From the NCBI GenBank assembly GCA_020891255.1, contig BQFW01000003.1, forward strand, positions 1,240,001 through 1,304,000: a DNA stretch of 64,000 nucleotides, read 5' to 3'. The notes beneath the pieces are model-generated. The model saw nothing but the letters and a program-made list of their open reading frames with translations, ran no database searches and was not told where the DNA came from. The position numbers and the translations under genes were made by a program. Below are positions 37,568-50,443 of the stretch, one piece after another (position 1 is the stretch's first letter; every line of letters starts with the position of its first letter). This DNA is from Entomortierella parvispora E1425. Its lineage: Eukaryota > Fungi > Mortierellomycota.

Positions 37568-38262
37568 CTCCTCAGTGCAGCTCATGACGTCTGGCTGGCT
37601 CTCGGTCAGCTCTTGGTCATATTATAGTGCAATAAACGTCCATTATGTTCCTTGCAGAAGAAAACATCATGCCCGAAGGTTAGTCTTGTATGGTCCCCCT
37701 GAACAGAAAGACCAAGACGCTCCGCAGCCTCTAGAGAGAGAGGGGGAAGGAAATGTGCACCACCATCGCCGTTTCATAGTGTCAACGTCGTTACTCTCGA
37801 AGTGTATGTCCTTCATGATCCATCAAATGTCCCAGTTTACATTTTTTTCCTTTCTGTCCGCCATAGTCATTTTTTGCATGCTTGTACAGCGGCCAGAGCT
37901 GCGCAAGGGTCCATTCATAAGACTGGCACTTTCTTATATATTTCGTATATTATGGCGATTGGCACGGTGGTTCGAGTCGTGTGTCTAATCGTCTGATGGC
38001 TGGGTGTTCAAACCCGAAATTGTACAGAGACTGCACGGTGAAGGGGTCAGTGCACAGTTGTGTGTCCAAGACTTGTTGAGTATTGCACAAGTAACTTGGG
38101 AGCAATAGCAGCTGTGTACTGAGCCGCAGGGGGTAGAGGAAACGCGCCTATATGGTAGCGCCTCCGTAACCCTGTGCCTATTTTTTTTTTTTTTTTTTTT
38201 TTTTGTTGTTATCACTCAAAGTATTTGGACCGTGAGTGCAGGAACTTCACTCAATATGAAGT
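37568..38262 (+). repeat. Dispersed repeat copy C
   Basis: Colinear with 8637-9363. Confidence 0.95.
37954..38204 (+). ncRNA. Candidate Pol III structured ncRNA, copy C (core 37954-38180, T24 terminator)
   Basis: Same core as copies A and B, with the same promoter boxes, stems and terminator. Confidence 0.6.
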
Positions 38263-40160
38263 TGTTTTTGTGCCCTCAGTTCCTCATGTTGACCCTTAAA
38301 CCTCCAACAGGTCAGTTTTTTTTTTTTTTTTTTTTTTTTTTGTGCAACCTTGGTTGTCTGACATTGCATGGGTGCGTCCATTGGAAATGAGCAGAGCAGA
38401 TGATTCCGAGTCGGCATGCATCAATGCAACTCTCGAACCTGATGCCCCTTCCTCGCGCCATCATGTGCTCATTCGCCGTTCCATTCTACGACTCCTGGTT
38501 GTCGAGATCTTTAGAGAGGATTGGTACGTGCACCAAGGCAAGCCGTCCTCTGTCTGTTGGCCCACTGGCCAATCAGAGAGCATGCCATGCCGCTGCAGAT
38601 AATGCCCCCTCTGCTCGCTTTCCTCTCTCTCCCTCTCTCTCTTCTCCACCCTACCCGCCACTCCCACTTCCACTCCTGCCCTACATTCACATTCCATTGC
38701 AGTCATGGTCCATTCCCTCCATGGCTTGACATGACCCAGGGTTGTTCGGAGCAGCCCTTCACTGCACGCGCGTGCACACAGACACGAGAGCACCGCTCGC
38801 GAATTTTAAGGTATTTGTTCGAGCAGAAATGAAATCCACCAAACAAACCAAAAAAAAAGCATGCGCTGCCCTCTCCCCTGCGCCCTTACCCTCCAGTTTA
38901 CTAATACGTCTCCTGCTTGCCATCTTTCCACATACCTACTGCCTTGACAAAGCACAGCAAGCACAGCAAGCTCAGACACTGAGCCCTCGTCTTTGCCTCT
39001 CCTAGCCATCGTCTTTCTTAGCAGCCAAGCTAGTCTTGCGAGGCGCAGTCCCAAAGAACCCCCCACTCCTCCGAGGTCCTCAAGAGTTTGCCTCCCAGTA
39101 ACGAGTCCCACGAAGCTCTCCCTTGTTCCACTTGCCGCATTTCAAGAACACCTCTTCCTCAAAAGGTGCTAGCTGTCCACGGCAGGGCTTGACTCTACAA
39201 AAGCTCTGCTTTGTCCTTTCGGGCCACTTCACGGCACGCTCATCTGTCTGATGCCTGCCCCGCCCTCTGAGGTCCCCCAAGAACGTCTCTCATTCGCAGC
39301 TACTCAGAGTCTCGGCGACACAGGACGGCCTTGTCTGTCGCTTGTCTGCACCGTTGCAACACACAAGCCGCCCACGCGTCAACGGTCAACAATCAGAAAA
39401 GCAGTCCCAATTCTGAGTCTCCATCATCCTGGCCAAGCGCACACGTTTCCCATCCGTCCAAAGCCCGCAAGGAAATCGCAAGCTAAGTGGCCTTCCTTCC
39501 CTGGTTGCCCCCCCTCATGGAGGAGAAATCTGTGGTCAGCTCGGGGCATCTAGAAGTCTGTCTTCATTACAGTCCTCGAAGCCTCTGTTGGGATCTAAAC
39601 TCTACCGGTACCTTCCATCCTAGGCGAAAAAGAGTGCGCCTGAAGCCAGATGTGGTGCTGGATCGAAGGTGCTCAGAGAGTCCTTCATTGTATCCTTCAT
39701 TGCAGCCTGGTGTGTACTCTTAGCTATTTGGATAGGGTTGGATACCTGCCGGAGCGGTGAACTTGACAGGTGGTTGGGTTGTTTTGTTGAGGGGTTCCTT
39801 TTTGTTTGCGGTGGTTGCTACTCACTTCTCGTGCCATGGCTCGCTACATTGCTTCTGTTTCTGCGCTGCTGATATGTATTGGATGAGATGCTCAAGACCC
39901 TTTTTTATCTTTTCTGTTTCTTTCTTCTAGGACACATAGAGTGGCGAACCGAAATCTGACGAGCAGATGCCATGAGGCCTTTTCCAAGAACGACGATAGA
40001 GTTTCGCACCAGCTACGGTACCTCTCCCATGGAACGAGGATGGAAAACATGGTATGTTTGTTGTGTTTGTTGTATTTTGTTGTCAATGTGAGTTCTTCTC
40101 ATGGTCAATCAAGGTGATCCTGAAAATCATCAATCATCTTTGTTTCAGCGTTGACATTGA

Positions 40161-40162
<2 letters not shown>

Positions 40163-40231
<69 letters not shown>

Positions 40232-40251
40232 CTCTCTCTCTCTCTCTCTCT
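40163..40251. repeat. Long (TC)n microsatellite just upstream of the F-box gene
   Basis: About 88 bp of TC repeats with one interruption. Confidence 0.95.
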
Positions 40252-40329
40252 TGCTCACTGTTCCCTCGGTCCCAACTTGACGATACTGCAAGCACCACTT
40301 CTCATTTCAGAACCCGTTCCTGATCAAAC

Positions 40330-41367
40330 ATGGATAGTCCCGAACTTCTCCTCACGGTGGCCCAACACTTCGACCGCACGGATCTTGACAGTTGCTCCCG
40401 AGTTTCTAGAAAATGGCGCGAGTGTTTCCTTCCAGAGCTGATTGCAGGCCGAGTATTTCATCTCACTCCTGTGGCCCAACCCCAGCCCTCCTTGCCATTT
40501 CTGCGTCGCTATGGCCACAACGTCCGGTTCTTGGACTGCAAGATGATTCGTCCTATGATCCACAGCCACGGCCCGCTCTTCCCGAATGCCGATAGTCTTC
40601 ATCTAGGCAGCCGACAAATCGAGCAGGAGCTTGCCAGCATGATGCCTCTGATCCGACATTGCCCTCAAATCCATCGCCTTGAGTTGCAAAGGGTCATAGT
40701 TGGCGAAGGAAGCACCGCCCCTGACTGGAAGTTACTGTCGAGCCTCCAAAATCTGGCCGAGCTGAAGGTGGATGCACGACTGACGAAGACGCTTTTGGGG
40801 TTACTCTTGCAGAATTGTCCACACCTGATGGTTCTGTGTTTGAAGGGCATGCGGATCGAGCGACACATGCATGACAAGTTAATTCCCCGCCTTACAGCAA
40901 TGACAGTAATCGATCTAATCGACTATAACTCTAGCTCGGGCCCTGATTCTGGGAAGATTTGCAGAGAGATCCTCTGTTCAAGTCCAAGCATGATCAAATT
41001 GACATGGCCGACTTTGATCGTCGATCGTCTCAGCCTTGCAAATGGTCAAGACAGTCCTCCAGGCGCAATAACAACAGGGCAGCATCTGAACCCGAGCGTA
41101 GGGGTCTGGGCGTGCACCTCTTTACAAATCCTGTGGGTCAAGCATTTGGAGTGGTCTACGAACTCAGCACTGAACGGTCGCATGATGGGACAATTGGAGA
41201 GACTTCGAGAATTAAGACACATGGACGTGCAAACGATGATCAATGGCGGCGCGCGATGGAGGACTGGGGCATACCCCAGAGATGAGCTGGCCACCGATCT
41301 TCACTTGGGGTGGACGATCACCACATGGCCCTTGATCCTGAACTACAGCTTAAGATCTGTTCAATAA
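40330..41367 (+). CDS. F-box protein with an RNI/LRR-like C-terminal region; intronless
   Basis: N-terminal F-box-like PELLLTVAQHFDRTDLDSCSRVSRKWRECF; LRR-like CPQIHRLEL, CPHLMVLCL, WACTSLQILWV, LERLRELRHM. Confidence 0.8.
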   Translation: MDSPELLLTVAQHFDRTDLDSCSRVSRKWRECFLPELIAGRVFHLTPVAQPQPSLPFLRRYGHNVRFLDCKMIRPMIHSHGPLFPNADSLHLGSRQIEQELASMMPLIRHCPQIHRLELQRVIVGEGSTAPDWKLLSSLQNLAELKVDARLTKTLLGLLLQNCPHLMVLCLKGMRIERHMHDKLIPRLTAMTVIDLIDYNSSSGPDSGKICREILCSSPSMIKLTWPTLIVDRLSLANGQDSPPGAITTGQHLNPSVGVWACTSLQILWVKHLEWSTNSALNGRMMGQLERLRELRHMDVQTMINGGARWRTGAYPRDELATDLHLGWTITTWPLILNYSLRSVQ

Positions 41368-42529
41368 ATGGTCGTTTGTTTTCAATTCTTTCTTGCCTCC
41401 AAGCAATTGGCATGTCTACTTTTATACCTGAAGTCTAGTGTTCTTTATTAATTTTCGCAACATCATACTGGTTGGAACTTGGAAGATAATGGTCCCCCTC
41501 TGTCCCGTCCAGTCCCGCTCGCTCGCTCTTCCTTTGTCCACCCGGGAAATCTTTTGGGTTCCGCGTCGCCCAATGGCCATCGGTCTGCCATCCTCTGTAC
41601 TCTACAAATTCCTATGCCAAAGACGTGGCCACCACCCTGCATTGAGTATGAGGGGTTCCGTGGCTGTAAAAGGTGATGAGGCACAGCGAGAGGGATCTTT
41701 GGAGGAGATCAACTCGAATAAATGGAAAGATAAAAGGGCATAACTGAAGGAAAATATTAAGAACAGGAACATGGGAAATGATATCAAAAGACTGGGAGCG
41801 AAAAGACTGTAGGCCTTTCTTTACTACGGGATGGCGACTATTTATACTAGCTAGGGGCAGGACCAGGGCTTGGCTTTGAGATGTACGGTGCCATTGATCA
41901 AGATCTTTAGATCTAGAGTCTAGCTGGAGTGTGGGACGTTGTGCAAGCGACCCAAATAGCGACCCTAGCTTGGACAACAGCACCATGGTGCCTATCAATC
42001 ACGTCCGAAGGAGGCGCGCCATCAAAAACGGTTGAATCCTTGTATTTCTTTCTTTGTTTATCCAGGCCAGTTGAAAATAGAGGAGCAAGCCAACACCGAT
42101 GGTTGCCATACGAAAGCAGTAACGAGGTCCCAGAGTCCTCATAGCCATTCCCAAATCCATCCATGCCGTGCTGTTCCCTCTCTTATCATACGGTCTCCAA
42201 AATTTCTTTGCACAACCATGACCGACACACTGAAATGACCAAAACTCAAGACCGCAAATAAAGGTCTAGTAAACACTGTCGCGTCCACGCCCTGTTGTGT
42301 GGAGACCGAAGGATGAGTTGCTCATTCAAAGTCCATGGAAAGAGGTGAGGATGCAACCAATCCCTTAGTCAGAAGATGACGAGCTGCTGATCTCTCTCTT
42401 TGTGGCGTCATGCACAAAGTTTTGACATCCTTCCATCGAAGAACAAACTTGAGCACTGTACAGTGCCGCTTGGATCATACCAGGATACGTTTATTATATA
42501 CAGGTTAAGGGTTGAGCTGTGTTATTTGT

Positions 42530-43003
42530 TCAAGAATTATCCTCGACAAACTGCATCTGCATGTTCACCGATCCGTTGTCGGAGAAACCCAACCACTTTG
42601 GCAACTTGTAGTCCTGGGGACCCTCAGAGCCGGTGGATATGACGTTGGAAAGGCTGATAGAGGTCTCGCCAATCTTGTCGTTAATGAAGGTGTCCTTGTC
42701 GACCGCACGAATGTTCAACTTGTTCTGACCGGGACGAACATAAAAGCAGAAGGTCTCGTTGAAGGTAGGGTTAAGCCCCTTGGTGTCCTTGGAGCGCTGC
42801 TTGTAAGCCTTCTCGATCCACATTTCGATAAATGGATCAGACTTGCCGAAAAGATCCTTGTCTGTGAGCTTGGTTGCCTTGTTCAACTTGACGTAAAGCT
42901 GACCCTTCTTGGAGGCCATAATCTCGATAGTTTCTTCCTCAGTGGTGGCAGCCATGACTAGGACAGGGGCCAAGAAGGCGGCAATGATGGTGGTGAACTT
43001 CAT
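42530..43003 (-). CDS. Single C2-domain protein with a predicted signal peptide (157 aa), paralog 1
   Basis: MKFTTIIAAFLAPVLVMA followed by the C2 core DKDLFGKSDPFIEM…NPTFNETF…VDKDTFINDKIG. Intronless. Confidence 0.9.
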   Translation of the reverse strand: MKFTTIIAAFLAPVLVMAATTEEETIEIMASKKGQLYVKLNKATKLTDKDLFGKSDPFIEMWIEKAYKQRSKDTKGLNPTFNETFCFYVRPGQNKLNIRAVDKDTFINDKIGETSISLSNVISTGSEGPQDYKLPKWLGFSDNGSVNMQMQFVEDNS

Positions 43004-43583
43004 TATGAATGAATGGAAATGATATGGAAGTGATAGTGTTAGTGGTAGTGGTAGGGAATGGAGTGAAAAGATATAAAGCTGGCAAAACAGGAAGACTGTA
43101 CTTTTATATGATTCCTGCAGAATACCCCGGTTCCCAACAGTGCTCCGTGCATGCCGATCGGTTGTGGGGACTGGATGTGATAAGGATGTGTGTTTCGTCT
43201 CAGTTCCCCATGGGGAAAGGGTCCTTCATATCTTTCCTAGCTACCATTCACCCATTCATGCAAGGGTTCATTGTGAGACAGTCGCGTCTCGTTCAATTTT
43301 TTTTTTTTTGGTGGTGTCTTTTCTCCAATTTGGTGGCGCATGCATCTGTGTTCAGTCATCGCGGCAACGCGTCTCTACCACAGCCACGATGAAAGCAACA
43401 AGATCGAAAGACACTTTTTGGAACGATCGTTCTATTTTTTTTTTCTTCAAGTTTTTGTCTCAGCGACCATTCTCGTTTACTTACGCGTTATTCTCCATCA
43501 CTCTCCTTCACTATCCTGCCGTCCCTTCTCTTGTTCCCCGCAATCAATTACCTCTCTGCCTCGCACACATTAACGCACGCACG

Positions 43584-44099
43584 ATGAGGTTCCTCGCTGT
43601 GGCCGCCCTCTTGGCTGCTCTCTCCTCCTCTATCACCGTCTTGGCCGCCCACGCCGAGGGCTGCTTGGACCTTACCCAGGACCACCCTCATGACCCCACC
43701 ATCGCAGCCTCGAAGCGGAAGGGAAACTTGTTTATAAAGCTTAACAAAGCAACAAACTTGTCCGACAAGGACCTGTTTGGCAGTTCAGATCCTTTTATCG
43801 AGATGTGGCTTGACAAGAACTACAAGCAGCGCTCCAAGGACACCAAGGGTACGAACCCCGTCTTTAACGAGACTTTTTGCTTTTACGTCTTGCCCGGTCA
43901 AGACAAGTTGTATGTCAAGGCTGTGGATTGGGATGCCTTGGTGAACGACAAGATTGGTCAGGCGACGATTCCCTTGAGCAACGTCTTCCAAAACGGAAAA
44001 GATGGCCCTCGCGATTACAATTTGCCAAAGTGGCTCGGTCTCTCCAGCAACGGTGTTGTCAACATGCAGATGCAGTACCAGGAGGATTACTCTTCCTAA
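43584..44099 (+). CDS. Single C2-domain protein with a predicted signal peptide (171 aa), paralog 2
   Basis: MRFLAVAALLAALSSSITVLA followed by DKDLFGSSDPFIEM…NPVFNETF…VDWDALVNDKIG. About 70% identical to paralog 1 over the C2 domain by manual alignment. Confidence 0.9.
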   Translation: MRFLAVAALLAALSSSITVLAAHAEGCLDLTQDHPHDPTIAASKRKGNLFIKLNKATNLSDKDLFGSSDPFIEMWLDKNYKQRSKDTKGTNPVFNETFCFYVLPGQDKLYVKAVDWDALVNDKIGQATIPLSNVFQNGKDGPRDYNLPKWLGLSSNGVVNMQMQYQEDYSS

Positions 44100-44546
44100 A
44101 AAAGAGAAAAAAAAAATCAACTTTGTCCTTCTTCCTCCAACGCCATCTTCACACAATTGCTTCAACAAAGCGATAGCAACAACAATAATATCAATACATA
44201 ATTCCATAATCCTGCTCTAGCAAATGCCCTCATGAGAAAGCCGCTCATCCAATAAACAGTACTTAATTTCTATCATGTTTTCCATCGGCCCTATCTGCAG
44301 AACTCTACCAGGTTCTCTCCAAGGAGCAAAGAGGCTTAAAACAAAGAACCGCCTGCCAATTTAGCACGCATAGCCATGAGGATTGCGTCTTTTAGTACCT
44401 TCCAGCAAGTGTTCCCACTGTTCCCCGGTGTAACAGCTTGATCATGCATGGTATAGCAAACAGCAAGTTCAAATCCGCGATAGCTGGAACGCAATTCATG
44501 GCCAATCGTCGCCACGGTTTATTATTTTTTCAGACAGCCTTATCAT

Positions 44547-47500
44547 TTAAGCCTCCTCCATGTCCACATCCTGGGCAAATACAGAGGGTGCGGCTGCGGC
44601 GGCATTGGTCTCCTCCGTCTTGACCAACGCTTTGATACGATTCCACTTTTGAGAGAGTTGCCACTTTTCAAGTCGGCTCTCAAGCTCCTCATTCTCCAAT
44701 GAATAGTCGTGCATCATGGCCTGGCAGTTGGCCTCCACTTCCTTGCCCTCATGAAGGGCCATGAACCGCTCCATAAACAACTCCTTGGGCATCCGGCACT
44801 TGGTATCCTCAGGTCGGAGCAACAGATCATCCTTCTGGCCCTCGGCGCGATAGATCAGAGTGTAGGCACGAGCCATCCAGGTCGCCATCAGTTTCTGGCG
44901 TACCTCTGGGTCCGTGACTTCTTCGAGTTTCCAATGAGCCAACTCACTCTGTTCTGCAATGTAGATCCTGCGCCAGATATCCTGCAAAACATAGGGACGA
45001 CGGCTCTCGGGAATGTCGGCCGCATGCAGGCAGATTTCGAGGGCCACATCACACACATCAAAGTTGCCAATATCCCGACTGCCATAGAGAATCAGGACAT
45101 CCAAGAGGTCTTCAGATCCAATCGTTTGACGGTTCAGGAGAGACTCGACGCTCTTCAGAAGGGCCTTTCTCAACTGTGGTTGACGCTTCAAAAGCTGAGA
45201 CGCAAACGAGTCCACAACGGCCTTGGACTTGTCCTGGACGTTTGCCAACGATCCTACTCTTTTTTCCCATTCATCGGCTACCAGACTTTGAATGGTCGCC
45301 ATCTCGAGCTCGTCATTGTTGCCGGTCATGTACTTCATGATCTCCTCCTTCTCAAGACCATCTCCTCCTGGCAAACCAGCCATACAAAGTAGCTTACTCA
45401 AGCTAAGCATTGTTCTACGACGATCCATGTTTGTCTCCTGAAGAGCTGCGTCCTGGACACGACTCGATGCCTTCATAAACCGCTTGTTTTTGATATCCTG
45501 TAGCCATGAAATCTCGCTATACTCGTGCGTATCCAAAAATACAGTGAACAAATCACTGTATTTCTCTCCCTGCTCCAACAACTTGGAGGTTTGATCTATT
45601 GCGAAAGAGCGTTAGAGAGCAGAACATACTTGGGTCGAATAATAAAATCCGTCGTAAACTGTTCATTCTTACGGTAATCCAAGTAGTGTCGGAACAAAGC
45701 GTTGGCAAACTCTTGTTGATATTTGGTGATAAAACCATCGATTTGCTTGTCCTGGCCTGCACTAATCTTGACCAAAGTCTCGTAGTCTTTATATCTCTGT
45801 GCCAATTGCAACGCCCTCTGTGTCATCTTCATGGAAACTGGAGGAATGTCATAAATGAATTAAAGTGGGACAGGTGAGTAAATATTGCAAGTGAAGGAAG
45901 AAGCCAGTGCAGAGCATCGACAATGGTAGAAACATTACCCAGAGGAAGTAACGTCCGCGACTTGGCTTCTTCATAATCAGCAACAGCCTTGGAAATAGCA
46001 ATGTCGTTTTCGGAAGATTGTGGGAGACTATTGGTACAGTTGAGAGATGGAGATATAAGGTCTTAGTATCTCATTCATTTTTCTCTTCACTGCCTGTCTC
46101 AAATATCCGGTAACAGTACCTCTCCAAGAAGATGATGTGTTCCGAGTAAGCTTGAAGGGTCACATCTGCAAGCTCATATAGTTGATCCCGCAACTCGACG
46201 TCTGAATCTGATAGTCCTGTAGGCTGGTCTTGTCCGTCTACTTCCATGGCCGATGTGTCAACCGAGATTGTCTTTAAGGCTGCAAGGGTCTTGTCATACT
46301 GAGTATTGAGGCCCTTGATGATATCGACAGTGGCTATTGATGTGAATATACAAATGTTAGATCCTTGCCGATATTTTCCCTATTCCGGTTGTCCAGTGTG
46401 AATTCGATCGTCTTACCTGTCCATGGCTCCAAACTGCTAGTGCCTTCAAGAGCATAGTTTCCAACGTTCTGTCGTCTATAGTTCCATGCTGCTCGGAGAG
46501 CAAGAATCAGCATCTTGTTTACATCCTGCATGAGGACCGTCTGTTGGCCAGGAGGCGCGTTGTGCAGCTTGTGAGTGCATGGCTGCAAATTGGACAAAAG
46601 CTCAGACATCTCGCCAGCCTAAAAAAAAATAGATGCATCAATGTCAGTACCACGTCGAGGAAGCCGTCATTGTTTACGGCTGGTCCGCTGGTCATGGCTG
46701 GCACTTACATGATACTTCAACAAGAATGTGATGGGATCCGCGGGGACATGGACACCAATACGCTGCAAAGTCAAGGCAGCTGCCTCCTGGACCACTTGCT
46801 TCAGGTTTGTGTTTGCAGATTTATCCCGCGAGTCAGCCAACAGAGATTGGTATCGGTTCCAGAATGCATGTGCAGCTGCCAACTTTTCTGTGTTCCAGCA
46901 CAGCTGGAATCTAGTGTCGATCGACAGTCTAGAGCCCATGTCAGCCTCCCGAATGCAATCAATGATTCCTTTCGTCCGCTGATACCGCTCTGCCAAGCGT
47001 GAGGTCAGGTCATTCCCGGCGCTGAGCAAGCTCGCGCGAGAGTTCAGGATCTCTCGGCTGACGTTTAATGACGCCTCGTTCAGATCGCCTCCGTCGTAAT
47101 GAGACAAGTCGAATGAAATTGGGTTGTGCTTCTTGACACCATAAAAGACCCCTTGCTCAAGTTTTGCCTGCAGTTGAGCTGTCAAGAATTCTCTGCTTGT
47201 TCCTTGTTGCAATGCAGGATTTGTTCCATCAACTTGGATATGAATCCCCAGTCGACCGCTACTCCTGCAAACAATAGAGAGCTCGCTGGCGCCTCCCATT
47301 TCATGGCCGCGTTGCCTCCAGTCCTCACATCCATGGCCGATAATCCTGTCAGTCTTCAATGGGACGATATCCTCAAACTCAAAGTTGGGCAAGGTCGTGC
47401 TGATAATAACGGCAGCTGGGGTAATGATGAAGACACCAGGTCCTCCTTGTGGTACGACAAGTTTTGGCGACGCCTCAGGTCGAAGATCTTCCTCCTGTAG

Positions 47501-49050
47501 ATGAAGAAAAAAAGGCAACATTAGTAAGACTCCAGACAAGTGAAGCGTAGATTTGACGACATAGCACTTACGATCGTTCTTTGAATGTAATTCACATTTT
47601 CAATATCAAATGTTGTGCCGAACTGCGAAGAGAGGGTCAGAAGTGCGCAGGAGAGAGGTGTAGTGGCGGTCTTCAAGGCCGTGGCAAAGAAGGTGATCAA
47701 GATCAAGATTTTTCCATTCTTGATGTATGCAATATCCAACAAACGGACTCGAGGGTCGCTTCCAGGGGGCAATGTTGCGGAAAAGTCACGCAAGATACGC
47801 TCGGTGACTTGCTCTTTCAGCGGAACCTCGGCTTCTATGTTGCAGTCGCCCGACCGATGAAGTTGCCACTTGAAGAGCGATTTGCGGGTCATAGCAAACA
47901 AGTCCCACCGTCCATGAGGATCCTGCAGCTTGGGTCCTGAAGTCAAGGATGTAATCTTTTGGGTGGTGTCTGTTGCGGGAGCCATTCCAATCATGCTGAA
48001 AATCGATGCAATAGCGCCGCCCATTTTTGTGCTGAGCTGTATAGGTGTAATGACAGTCGATCCATGCTGCTTCTTAATCACCAGGTGATATACATTGGAA
48101 AACTTGGTTCCAAAGAAATATCCCATGGGCTAATTCACAATAATGACAAATTATGTCAGTTTTCAAGACGATCCCACTTGCATCGTCCAATGACAAAATT
48201 CTGCCTTACCCCGGCGCATTCAACGTGAGTGACATAATCGTCCTTCGCAATAGGGATCTTGGTGTCCACGTGTTGGTCGATATTTGAAAAGCAGAGGTCG
48301 ATATTACTCCAGTACCAGCAGGTTCCGTCAGGGGAGCATGCCATGATTCCGCAATGCTCATCGTCCGATTTCGTGAAGGTGACGACTGGCAGCAAAACGG
48401 AAGCCTCCAATGAGGTCAAGGTGTTGGGGGGCATGGGCAGCGTATGGCACACTGGAGGCGATCTGTAGGTGGAGTTCTGTATCCGTACAACAGGCAGCTT
48501 GTCAGTATCCCTCTGATTATAAATCAAGACCTCTTTCATCTCAAAGTCCTTTGTACCTTTTGCACTGCCCAAATATAACACTTCTTTTGCGACGTGACCA
48601 TCCCGAATTCTACATCCAGGTCAATCTTGGCCACCATGGGCTGCGTATAAAAATCTATCGGTGTATCATCGATATGGGTTAGACAGCTGTTATACCGACG
48701 GACAGTCAACTCCCCGCATACTGATATGTACCTGTCTTGTTAAGAGCATCCTCAACTTCACGAGGCAAAGGACCGAAGTAAGCCACAAGAGTCTGATCGT
48801 TTTTGCAATAGATCGAGTCCTCCTCAATTGTCGAAGCACCGACGAACTCTGGAATCTGGGTAGATACATCGTCCTCCTGGATCGGGGTCCACGAGTTCTC
48901 TGACTCCTGATCTCTCTCCTTCAAGGCAGAGTTGACCAGACCATGTCCTTGCTTCAGCGTGTGGCTCTCAGTGTTCTCAGTCGATCTGCTCGGCCGAATA
49001 GGGTCGACTCTTGCCGAGTGGCCATTCCTGCTTGCGTTCGCCGCAAACAT
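44547..49050 (-). CDS. NUP133: Nucleoporin Nup133; multi-exon
   Basis: N-terminal VAYFGPLPREV, KCYIWA, GIMACSPDGTCWYW beta-propeller; C-terminal AQRYKDYETLV, EYSEISWLQDIKNKRF, RRTMLSLSKL, QDIWRRIYI. Confidence 0.9.
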
Positions 49051-49440
49051 GATTCCTCGAGTAGAATAAAAGAATAGAGTCGGGTTTGGCGAACACGATT
49101 CGAAGGTATGAATCCCGAGATCTGATTATAAGTTGAGACGGCGACTCGTGATCTTTAAATGACGATGTCCTGTGTCCAGCGTGAAAGTATGGATATCCTT
49201 GACAATCAACAGTCTGATGTGGACAGACGATGGTGGGTGTCCTTGGTCGATGAGTGAGTGATTGAACAAACGAACGAATGAATGAATGAGTGCATGCCAC
49301 TGGAAGCGCGTCTGGCGACAGGGACAAGGCAGGCGCAGCACATACGACAGATTCATCTTCTGCGCCACCGAAGATTTTGAGCCTTTCTGCATTCACCTGC
49401 GCCATGCTCCATTCTTTCACCCAAAGATCGCAAGAAAGAC

Positions 49441-50443
49441 ATGTCACATAACATTTGGTTGGCTGCCAGTAAGAACAGGGATCTGAAGAGCTGCCGCTGA
49501 AGCGTCTCTGGAATGGGGCAATGGAGTTTGATGTTAACCGCTTCTCATCGTTGGAATCTGTTTCTAGGCGATGGCGATTTAGAGGCTGTCAAGAAGTTTA
49601 TTGAAGAAAAGGGTGTCTCTGTCGACGCTCAGGACGAGTTTGGCTACTCTGCGCTGTAAGTCATAAGTCAGACAGAAATAAGAAAGGATTTCTGGGATCA
49701 TGGCGGTGGTTAGAACCGAGATTTCAGAGCTTGTACTCGAAGGATCGACAATTACTCTGACTCTCTGTGTCCTATCTTCTCTTAGCCATGCCGCAGCATC
49801 CTATGGACACAAGGATTTGATTCAATACCTTTTGGAGAAAGGAGCCGATGTCAACATCCAGGATCCCGAGGGTGATTCGCCTCTCTTTGTCTGCGAAACC
49901 GTCGACATTGCCGAGATGTTGGTCAAGGCTGGAGCAGATGCCAAGCATGTCAACGAGAATGAAATGACGGTAAATCATGACAGGATTTTAATCGAGTGGA
50001 GTTGACTGCATTCAGCTGCGTTCAGTATCTTTTTATTTTTTATTCCTTTATTTCATACTGATGATGTGTCTCTCATTCTTTATTAGGCTGCTGAGAATGC
50101 CGAGGAGGAAGAATGGACCGAGGTCGCCTACTATTTGCGTGAGTTGACAGGAGTCCCACACCCCGAGGAGGATGTTGATGATCTTGAAGATGACATGTCT
50201 CACTTGCTTGTGGACGATGACGAGAAGAAAGAGGACGATGAAGACAAGGATGCCAACGCTGATGAGTCTGATGATAAGGAGGAGTTCAAGAACAGGATAG
50301 AGGCCATTATGAAGGCGACAGAGGCTGATGGCGTGAATCGTGATCTGGAGCTCCAGGCGGTGGTTTCAGAGATGCTCGCTGCAGCTGGACCTGATGCCGC
50401 AGCAGCTCTTAGCAAGGAAATCCAAGCGCAAGCAAACAAGTAG
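49441..50443 (+). CDS. Ankyrin-repeat protein, YCR051W-like; 4 exons, 28-nt first exon
   Basis: The spliced start MSHNIWLAAS|DGDLEAVKKF resembles the start of yeast YCR051W. Also DEFGYSALHAAASYGH and DPEGDSPLFVCE, with an acidic tail. Confidence 0.85.
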
